A DNA stretch of 15,633 bases from Candidatus Latescibacterota bacterium (GTDB lineage Bacteria; Latescibacterota; UBA2968; UBA8231), in NCBI GenBank assembly GCA_965205655.1, contig CBDBIJ010000004.1, positions 1-15,633 of the forward strand, in the 5' to 3' direction. The position numbers were made by a program, and so were the translations under genes. Below are positions 6,724-14,305 of this stretch, in pieces (within the stretch, counting starts at the first letter, position 1; every line of letters starts with the position of its first letter). The notes beneath the pieces are model-generated. The model had not been told where the DNA came from. It worked only from the letters and a program-made list of their open reading frames with translations, and ran no database searches.

Positions 6724-9036
6724 TTGCATTCCACATTTGGATCGACGTTCGCCTTCGCGCTGGCTCTCGTAGCCGCTATGGCCGGCAGCGGCACCGCTGC
6801 CCGGATCGGCTTGTACGGAGATTCTTTCATGCCGCCGGTTGCGGCTGCGCTCGATCTCGTGAGGCTGCCTTACGAGCGCATCGCCTCTGGATCGCTCGCC
6901 ACCGTATCCCCCGACTCTCTCGACGCCCTCTTCATTTCGTACGACGCCTCGGACGATGACGCCACTGTTCAGTGGATCGAGTCCTTCCGCGCTTCCGGGG
7001 GAAAGCTGTTCACCTTCTTCCTCCTCTCCGATCGACTTCTACAGTTGCAGGGCATCGACCAGGGTGACTTCGAGGCGGCCCACTACGACGGTCAGTTCGC
7101 TCAGATCCGCAGTCTAAACGTCCTTCCCCATCTTCCCGAAACCGTGTTCCAGGATTCCTGGAACGTTCACTTTGCCACGCCTTCGGCCGATTCGGTTCAG
7201 GTTGCCGCCCACTGGCATGATGCGTCCGGCAGGGACACTGGTTTTCCCGCGCTTCTGGTGGGACCTGGCGGCGCCCATCTAACCCACGTCTATCTCGGTG
7301 ATGATCCGCAGGGAGCGGCGCGTCTTTTCATCGCCCTGCTCGCTGAATTTTTCCCGGATGTCTGGGCTCAGGCTGTGCGCGGCGCCCTCGCTGCGGGCGC
7401 TCGGGTTGGCGGTGGATCTGATGCTCTCTCAACCCGGTCGGCAAACGACAGCAGGGCCCTCGAGTTTCTGCGGCAGGCGTCGGAGGCGCGACGCGACGCT
7501 GAGGAATATCGGGCGGCAGCCCGCTTCGGCAACGCCCTGGAAAGTGCCCTGCGCTACCGCCACCTGCTGGCCGCCGCCTACGCCCGCTCGCAGATGTGCC
7601 GGGCGGGGGAATTTCGCGGTGTCTGGGTCAACGATCCGCCACGAATGAACGGTGGCTCCGGATGGAAACGCGCTTGCAGAGAGCTGGCTGGTGCCGGCTT
7701 CAATGCAGTCGTCGTGAAGGTGGAGACCTCGGCACAGCTCTCGCGCGTCAAATCTCGGTCGACCGATCACCTACGCACAGCTCTCGAAGCCGCTCGTGAC
7801 ACCGGCATTGAAATCCACGCTTGGAGGCGCATTTACAATCTCGAGGGATCGCCCGATTCACTCCTCGAGCGGCTGCGGGACGAGAATCGCCTTCAGATGA
7901 GCGCTGACAGGGCTTCGATCCCCTGGCTCTGTCCGTCTCACCCGGATAATTTCGCTCGCGAAGTCGAGGCCGTAGCCAACCTGGTTCGCCGCTACGATCT
8001 TGACGGTGTCCATCTGGACTACATCCGCTATCCCGGGTCCATCTACTGCTATGACGACGGCTGTCGTATCCGGTTCGCCGCGCAAACCGGTCATCACCCC
8101 ACCTCCTGGCCCGACGACGTGATCTCCGGCCGACTCGTCGGGCCTTTTCAGAATTGGCGTCGGGAGCAGATCAGCAGGCTCGTCAGGACGGTGAGCCTGA
8201 GAGTGCGCAGCATTCGTCCTGGCGTCAGGGTTTCGGCCGCTGTTTTTTCCGATTGGTCGCAGGTGAGACGCAGCCTTGGCCAGGACTGGATCCAGTGGAT
8301 TGATGAGGGCTACCTCGACTTCGTCTGTCCGATGAATTACACCCGGGATCTCGAGCGCTTCCGGCAGCTTGTGCGCCGGCAGGTGAATTGGGTCGACGGG
8401 CGAATTCCCCTCTATATCGGCATCGGTGCCTGGCGCATGCCGGCTGCCGATGAGGTGATACAGCAGGTTGAGTCGGCGCGGCAACTGGGTGCCGATGGCT
8501 TCATCATGTTCGACTACGACGACGCCTTCGCCCGCCGGACGCTGCCGGCCCTCTCGGAGGGACTCGCGGCAAACCGGGCGCTACCGCCGCATTGGGGACC
8601 GTATGCGTCTTTCGAGATCCGCGGTGAACCTGGCGGCGAGGAGTCTGCAGGCACGCCGATCTACCCGGAGATGGGCGCGGTCGCCGTGACGACGCGGATC
8701 GTTCCGAGCTCGCTCGCATCGTCGGTGAATGCCTCCGTCAGTCTGCGACGGTTGGACGACGAACTCGTTTTCCGCTTGGGACAGATCGGGACCCGCGTTC
8801 GCCGCTGGCTGCCCTTCCTGTCGACACAGAGGGAGGGCGTCCATGTGAGCGACCGACTCTCCCTTCTCTCGGGAGACTATCGGCCGGTGTTGGAGGGAAC
8901 ATTCAGGAACGCGAAGGGAAGGATAAAGCGATTTATCCGGCGCGGACCTATTCTGAGAGTGCGCTCACAGACGCTCATCGACAGTCTGGAACGCGCCGTC
9001 ATCCTTGATAGCACAGAGGAACGGCTGGCCCGCTGA
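6724..9036 (+). CDS. Secreted glycoside hydrolase-like family 10 (GHL10/DUF187) protein with extra N- and C-terminal domains
   Basis: Signal-peptide-like N-terminus (FAFALALVAAMAGSGTAA). TIM-barrel motifs GEFRGVW, GIEIHAW, WLCPSHP, YDLDGVHLDYIRYP, VSAAVF, QDWIQWIDEGYLDFVCPMNY, GADGFIMF. Confidence 0.88.
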   Translation: MHSTFGSTFAFALALVAAMAGSGTAARIGLYGDSFMPPVAAALDLVRLPYERIASGSLATVSPDSLDALFISYDASDDDATVQWIESFRASGGKLFTFFLLSDRLLQLQGIDQGDFEAAHYDGQFAQIRSLNVLPHLPETVFQDSWNVHFATPSADSVQVAAHWHDASGRDTGFPALLVGPGGAHLTHVYLGDDPQGAARLFIALLAEFFPDVWAQAVRGALAAGARVGGGSDALSTRSANDSRALEFLRQASEARRDAEEYRAAARFGNALESALRYRHLLAAAYARSQMCRAGEFRGVWVNDPPRMNGGSGWKRACRELAGAGFNAVVVKVETSAQLSRVKSRSTDHLRTALEAARDTGIEIHAWRRIYNLEGSPDSLLERLRDENRLQMSADRASIPWLCPSHPDNFAREVEAVANLVRRYDLDGVHLDYIRYPGSIYCYDDGCRIRFAAQTGHHPTSWPDDVISGRLVGPFQNWRREQISRLVRTVSLRVRSIRPGVRVSAAVFSDWSQVRRSLGQDWIQWIDEGYLDFVCPMNYTRDLERFRQLVRRQVNWVDGRIPLYIGIGAWRMPAADEVIQQVESARQLGADGFIMFDYDDAFARRTLPALSEGLAANRALPPHWGPYASFEIRGEPGGEESAGTPIYPEMGAVAVTTRIVPSSLASSVNASVSLRRLDDELVFRLGQIGTRVRRWLPFLSTQREGVHVSDRLSLLSGDYRPVLEGTFRNAKGRIKRFIRRGPILRVRSQTLIDSLERAVILDSTEERLAR

Positions 9037-9038
9037 GC

Positions 9039-9732
9039 TCACGGCTGCCGATCTCGCTTTTCGGGGTACCTCTTCTCGAGCTCGGCGCTGCCCCGCACTA
9101 TCTGACGGTACCATCTCAACTTCAAGTCTTGCCTCTCCGCCTCGCTCAATTGCCATCGCACCGCCGAGCTTCTGATTCGTCTCGTCAATTCTCGGATGAT
9201 GAGCGCCGCGCTCACCGAGATGTTGAAACTCCGGGTAAAACCGAACATCGGAATCCTCAGACGCTCATCCGCGCCCTCGAGCGCCTCCGGCGACAGTCCC
9301 TCTTCTTCGGTTCCCAGTGTCACCGCCAGTGGACTCTCCACGCTGAGCTCGTCGAGCGCCACAGCTCCCTCTCCAGGCGTGGCCGCCACGATGCGGTAGC
9401 CCTGCGCGCGGAGGGTTGTCGTAGAGCGTCTGAATCGCTCCTCCACCGCTATCTGTGTGCCTCTTGATGTCCAGCCATTGGCTCGCGCCGATCGCCACAT
9501 CCTGATTGACGGTGAACGGGTTCCTCTTTTCTACGACGTGAACATCCTGCAGCCCGAAGCACTCGCACGAGCGCAGGACCGCGCTGGCGTTGTGTGACTG
9601 GTAGACATCCTCCAGCGCGATCGTCAGGAATCTCGTACGGGACTCGAGCACCGCATCGATTTTACGGCGCTTGCTTCCCGAAACGAATGAGCCCAGATGG
9701 TCCAGGAGCTCCCCCACCGACACCTCAACCAT
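9039..9732 (-). CDS. trmH: TrmH/SpoU-family RNA 2'-O-ribose methyltransferase, frameshifted by one extra base near 9413-9417
   Basis: N part LEDVYQSHNASAVLRSCECFG, C part LGTEEEGLS and IPMFGFTRSFNISVSAA (SPOUT motifs 1-3). Junction TAC GAC AAC C CTC CGC; removing one base gives a 230-aa ORF. Confidence 0.88.
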
Positions 9733-9737
9733 GCCAT

Positions 9738-10720
9738 TCAGTCCCGATAGCCGTCTGGGTGGGCCCGCCGCCACTGCCAGGCAGACTCCACGATCCCATT
9801 CAAGTCTGAGTGGGCCGGCTGCCAACCCAGGAGCCGTCGCGCTTTGTCGTTGTTGGCCACGAGTTGCGATGCATCGCCCGATCGACGCCTGTCTGTCAGG
9901 GTCGCGATCGGGCGACCCGTCACCTCTGAGACCGTGTCGATGACCTCCCGGACGGAGTGACCGCGACCGGTGCCGATGTTGACGAACTCGACCGGGCCGT
10001 CGTTTGCGAGGTGGTCGACGGCGGCCATATGGGCGGCACCCAGATCCTCGACGTGCACGTAGTCCCGCATTGCCGTTCCGTCCGTCGTCGGGTAGTCGTC
10101 GCCGAAGATTGTCACGTGCGGCCGGATGCCGCTCGCCGCCTCCAGGACGATCGGTATGAGGTGCGTCTCTGGATCGTGATCCTCCCCGCGATCTCTCGAA
10201 GCGCCGGCGGCGTTAAAGTAGCGCAGAGCCATGAAACGCAGTGCATAATTCGCGGCGAACCTGTCGAGAACCTGCTCCATGAACAGTTTGCCCCAACCGT
10301 AGGGATTCTCCGGGCGACGAGGATGCTCCTCCCCCAGGGGCAGACGTTCCGGCTCACCGTAGACGGCGCAGCTCGACGAAAAAAGAATTGTCGGAGCCCG
10401 CACTCCATCAACGTCTGCAACAGGGTAACTCCCTGGCCGACGTTGTTCTGGTAGTAGAGCTGTGGCCGCTCCACCGACTCGCCCACATACGTCAGCGCGG
10501 CGAAATGGATGCACGATTCCAGGTCGTGGTCCGAAGCGATCTGTCGCAGAAGGCCGGCGTTTCCCACGTCACCCTGGTAGAGCTGCACCTCCGGGGAGAT
10601 CGCGCTCCGGTGTCCGCGGCCGAGATTGTCGACCACTACTGGCTCTCGTCCCGCGGCTTGGAGCAAGTCCACCGTGACGCTGCCGATATAGCCGCATCCA
10701 CCCGTTACGAGAATGGCCAT
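9738..10720 (-). CDS. galE: UDP-glucose 4-epimerase, frameshifted by one missing base at the T6 run (10379-10384)
   Basis: ILVTGGCGYIGS, IHFAA..YVGES, then after the shift FSSSCAVYG, PYGWGK (YxxxK), LRYFNAAG, RDYVHVEDL, NIGTGRGHSV. Adding one base gives 327 aa. Confidence 0.93.
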
Positions 10721-10764
10721 CTATTGCGATCCTTCGAGTGTTCCTGGATGCGGTTCGACATGTT

Positions 10765-10773
10765 TGTTATGCT
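10765..10773 (+). promoter_or_regulatory. Possible extended -10 element upstream of the SRAP gene
   Basis: TG-T-TATGCT about 50 nt before ATG 10822. No good -35. Confidence 0.3.
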
Positions 10774-10821
10774 GTTTCCTGACTCCGAAGTACGTTTTTC
10801 TCGCACCCAACGCTGCCTTTC

Positions 10822-11526
10822 ATGTGCGGTCGATTCACCCTCCATCACGCCACCGAAGATATCGCCGAACGCTTCACCGTCGAGCAGTTGACCCTCGAAC
10901 TGGCACCGCGCTACAACATAGCTCCGTCCCAGCCTGTCTGCACCATCGTGCAGAGAGAGAGCCGCACTCTTGAGGAATTCAAATGGGGACTCGTGCCGTC
11001 ATGGGCGGATGATGCGGCCATCGGCAACCGGATGATAAACGCCCGAGCCGAAACGATCGCGGAAAAACCCGCCTTCCGAGAGGCCGTCCGCCTCCGACGC
11101 TGCTTGGTACCGGCCAGTGGCTACTTTGAGTGGCGCCGCGCGGGTACCGACAGATTGCCCACCTACATTTGTCTCGAGAGCCGGGAGCCGTTTGCCATGG
11201 CGGGTCTGTGGGAGGAATGGGAGGCTCCCGGGGGGGCCCTCCTCCGCAGCGTCGCCATCGTCACTACCAAACCCAACGCCTTCGCGGCCACCATCCACAA
11301 CCGCATGCCCGCAATTCTCAGCGCGGAAGCGAAGGAGATCTGGCTCGACCGACAAATCGAAAACCCGCGCCGGCTCGAATCCGCTCTCGAGCCCTACCCG
11401 CGCGACGACCTGGTCGCCTACCCTGTCTCGAAAGCGGTCAACAAGCCGGACTGCGACGAGCCTGTCTGCATCGAGCCGGTAGAGCCACCCCCAGCCGCTC
11501 CCGAACAGCTGGGACTGCCACTGTGA
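10822..11526 (+). CDS. SOS response-associated peptidase (SRAP; YedK/HMCES family abasic-site processing protein)
   Basis: MCGRF (catalytic Cys2), RYNIAPSQ, WGLVPSW, INARAET, RRCLVPASGYFEW, IHNRMP. Confidence 0.96.
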   Translation: MCGRFTLHHATEDIAERFTVEQLTLELAPRYNIAPSQPVCTIVQRESRTLEEFKWGLVPSWADDAAIGNRMINARAETIAEKPAFREAVRLRRCLVPASGYFEWRRAGTDRLPTYICLESREPFAMAGLWEEWEAPGGALLRSVAIVTTKPNAFAATIHNRMPAILSAEAKEIWLDRQIENPRRLESALEPYPRDDLVAYPVSKAVNKPDCDEPVCIEPVEPPPAAPEQLGLPL

Positions 11527-11537
11527 TGATGTGGTGA

Positions 11538-13139
11538 CTACTCATCAGTCACGGCGTGAGATCCGGCCGGCGTCGCCGCCTCACTCGTTGTCAGCCACTT
11601 GAGCACTTCCCGTATTCGCGGCGGTTTCCCGGTCATCAGAATGCCGATGCGAAAGATCTTGGCCGCCCCGGTCACAGCCAGGTAGATGGCACCCAGCAGC
11701 ACGACGGTCGTGACCCCGTACTCCCAGATCGCCGGTGGACCCGCCGACCGATTCATCATGACGAATGGTGTGAATGGAGGGATGAATGACATGATCTGGG
11801 CGAAAAGGCCGTTCGGATCCTTCCCGATCGGAATCATCGACGAGATGGCGACGATCATCGGTATCATGACCGGCATCATGAGATTCTGCGCATCCTTGAG
11901 GTTGTTGCACACAGACCCCACACCCACCAGGAATGCGGCGTAGAGCAGGTATCCCAGAACGAAGTACGCCACGAAGGCGAGCAGTAGAAACGGATCGCCC
12001 ACGATGCTGCCGACCAGCTCGAACACACGTGCCCCGGCCATGGCGGGAAGCACGAGGACGCCCGCCACCAGCCACACAGCCCAGGAGGCCACCACGGTCA
12101 ATCCGGCGCCGGCAACGCCGACGAGTTTCCCGATCATGAGCTGCAAGGGCGACACGGAGGAGAGCAGCACTTCGATGATGCGGGCGGATTTCTCCTCGAT
12201 CGTACTGGTGAGCAACATCTGCGCGCTCGTGAAGATGGAAAACCAGAGCAAGTAGGTGAACACGACCGGGGCCCATTGCCGAGCCTTGTCCTCCATACCA
12301 ACTTCTTCCTCCACTCCGGTACTGGCTACCTTGCGGCCCTCGAACTCCAACCGCTTCTCAATCCAGTTCGCGACCTGGGGGTCGATCTCCTCGCGGCGTA
12401 TGCGCTTCTTTCTGATCACCTCGCTCGCCAGATCCTCGAACCAGCCAGGGAGGTCGTGGTCGGTCAGATTGTTCGACACGTACTTGCAGCCTTCTGAGCC
12501 CGCGACCGGGTCCGGGCCGATGACGAAGTAGGCGAACAGCTCGTCCCGGTTGAGCATCCCGTTCAGTTTCGAAATGACCTCTGCCTTTCCGTCGCCGCTC
12601 GGCAAGTCGATGGGCAAGTAGTCGCTCCGCGACAGCTCGAATCCCATTCTTTCGAGTTCCTCGACGCCAACCGAATCCCACCATTGTCTCAGCTCGTGCT
12701 TCGATGCATCGAGGAACTGGGCCGCGCGGTCACTGAAAGACGTCGACGAGTGTTCTGTTGAGTACCGGCCATTGCCTGCCAGTTGCGCCACGAATTGACC
12801 TCTCCCCGTCTCGTCGAGTTCCATCCACGCCGCGGTAAGACGGCGCAGAATCGGGGGCAGCTGCTCGAACTGCCGCCCTCCTCGCTTCCGCATCTGCCGC
12901 CCCGTGCTCGCGAGCTCCCGCAAATCTCTCTCGTAAACCAGTCTCGCCACCTCGATTTGTAGAAATCCCGAATCGTCCACGACAGCGTAGGTCCGCGGCT
13001 CCCGGGCTCCTTCGAGCAGCAGCGGCACGGCCATGGCGAGGACGAGAATGACGGGGAATGCCAGCAGTCCGAGCCAGAACGTCTTCGTGCGCACCATCTC
13101 GACGTATTCGTGGCGGGCGATGAGCAGACCCTTGTTCAC
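11538..13139 (-). CDS. ABC-2 type transporter permease (NatB-like)
   Basis: IARHEY..VRTKTF plus TM1, large extracytoplasmic region, IEEKSARIIEVLLSSVSPLQLMIGK, SFIPPFTPFVM, AAKIFRIGILMTGK. GTGA overlap with the ATPase stop at 13136-13139. Confidence 0.93.
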   Translation of the reverse strand: MNKGLLIARHEYVEMVRTKTFWLGLLAFPVILVLAMAVPLLLEGAREPRTYAVVDDSGFLQIEVARLVYERDLRELASTGRQMRKRGGRQFEQLPPILRRLTAAWMELDETGRGQFVAQLAGNGRYSTEHSSTSFSDRAAQFLDASKHELRQWWDSVGVEELERMGFELSRSDYLPIDLPSGDGKAEVISKLNGMLNRDELFAYFVIGPDPVAGSEGCKYVSNNLTDHDLPGWFEDLASEVIRKKRIRREEIDPQVANWIEKRLEFEGRKVASTGVEEEVGMEDKARQWAPVVFTYLLWFSIFTSAQMLLTSTIEEKSARIIEVLLSSVSPLQLMIGKLVGVAGAGLTVVASWAVWLVAGVLVLPAMAGARVFELVGSIVGDPFLLLAFVAYFVLGYLLYAAFLVGVGSVCNNLKDAQNLMMPVMIPMIVAISSMIPIGKDPNGLFAQIMSFIPPFTPFVMMNRSAGPPAIWEYGVTTVVLLGAIYLAVTGAAKIFRIGILMTGKPPRIREVLKWLTTSEAATPAGSHAVTDE

Positions 13140-14038
13140 TGTGCGTTTCCGTTCACGACACGGATGAAAATCTCGTGCAGCGAAAGCTCCGTCAGGTCGA
13201 ATCGCCGCACCCGGATTCCCGCCTCCATCAAGGCTCGCAGCACTCGTTGTGCGTCCGCCGCTTGTTCCAGGAACAACTCGGCCTGCTTGCCGGCATCGTT
13301 GATCCCGCTGATACCCGGAAGCGCGCTCAGCTTCGATCCGTCGCCATCGTAGTCGAGTCTGATCGCCCGTCCACCGGTGGACTTTACCTCCGAGAGGGTG
13401 CCATCGAGCACCTTGACTCCGTTGTCGATGAGCAGGACGTAGTCGCAGATCTGTTCGGCCTGCTCCATGATGTGGGTGGAAAAAATGACGCTTTTGCCGT
13501 CCTTCTTGAGCTGCAGAATCGTGTCCCGCATCACGTCCCGGTTGACCGGATCCAAACCGGAGAAGGGCTCGTCGAGGATGACGAGCTCCGGCTCGTGGAT
13601 GAGTGTTCCCAGTATCTGGACCTTCTGGGCCATCCCCTTCGAGAGGGACTGACAGCGTTTGTCGCTCCAGTCGCCCAGTCCGAACTGATCCAGCAGCTGG
13701 AGGGATCTCCGCTTGGCAGCGCTCCGCGGAATACCCTTGAGCTCGGCAAAATAGGTCAGCAGATCCGCCAGCCTCATTTTGTCGTAGAGGCCGCGCTCCT
13801 CAGGCAGATAGCCGATGCGCTCTTTCACCGACGCAGGGTCGTTGTGCCCGAGGACGGTGACCGAGCCCTCATCCGCGGAGAAAATTCCGAGGATCATGCG
13901 GAGCGTCGTCGTCTTGCCAGCGCCATTGGGACCGAGAAAGCCGTAGATACAACCGGCCGGCACGCTCAGAGACAGCCCGTTGACGGCGACCTTTTCCCCG
14001 AATCGCTTCTCTACGTTTTCGAGAGTGATGGCGTCCAT
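13136..14038 (-). CDS. ABC transporter ATP-binding protein (NatA-like)
   Basis: Walker A GPNGAGKT, Q-loop region YLPEERGLY, signature LSKGM, Walker B VILDEPFSGLDP, H-loop STH. ATG 14038 (MDAITLENV) fits the family N-terminus better than the ORF-track start at 14131. Confidence 0.95.
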   Translation of the reverse strand: MDAITLENVEKRFGEKVAVNGLSLSVPAGCIYGFLGPNGAGKTTTLRMILGIFSADEGSVTVLGHNDPASVKERIGYLPEERGLYDKMRLADLLTYFAELKGIPRSAAKRRSLQLLDQFGLGDWSDKRCQSLSKGMAQKVQILGTLIHEPELVILDEPFSGLDPVNRDVMRDTILQLKKDGKSVIFSTHIMEQAEQICDYVLLIDNGVKVLDGTLSEVKSTGGRAIRLDYDGDGSKLSALPGISGINDAGKQAELFLEQAADAQRVLRALMEAGIRVRRFDLTELSLHEIFIRVVNGNAQ

Positions 14039-14043
14039 TATGT

Positions 14044-14076
14044 ATGGTTGGGCAATTTGTGTGGATAGTTGGGCGA
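14044..14076. repeat. Imperfect 12-bp direct repeat with 21-bp period
   Basis: ATGGTTGGGCAA (14044-14055) and ATAGTTGGGCGA (14065-14076), 10/12 identical. Confidence 0.5.
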
Positions 14077-14247
14077 ATGCCTTGTGGGTGATTTTTCCCA
14101 GCGGGCCTGACGCTGACGTGACCCCGGTCACGTTGTGATGTCCGATTCGAGATCATTATATATAGTGCGAACTTGTGCTAGCTGTCACGTTTCAGGCTCC
14201 GGCGAGGGGTTCGGGTTTTGTCTGTTTTCTACCACTTTTGCCCCTAC

Positions 14248-14276
14248 TTGCGCTCTCGTGCGCGAAGGCTGATAAT
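14248..14276 (+). promoter_or_regulatory. Putative sigma70-type promoter for the 14306 gene
   Basis: TTGCGC (14248-14253), 17-nt spacer, GATAAT (14271-14276), about 30 nt before ATG 14306. Confidence 0.45.
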
Positions 14277-14305
14277 AGATTTTGACTGCTCTTCCACACA
14301 CTGCG

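Noticed and set aside
10721..10821. LexA box upstream of the SRAP gene
   Set aside because: The GTTC copies at 10740 and 10753 are 9 nt apart (not N7), and there is no good GAAC-N4-GTTC or CTGT-N8-ACAG match.
14060..14091. DnaA-box-like 9-mers TGTGGATAG and TGTGGGTGA, suggesting oriC
   Set aside because: Only two degenerate boxes (1 and 2 mismatches), no box cluster, and no origin-associated genes nearby.
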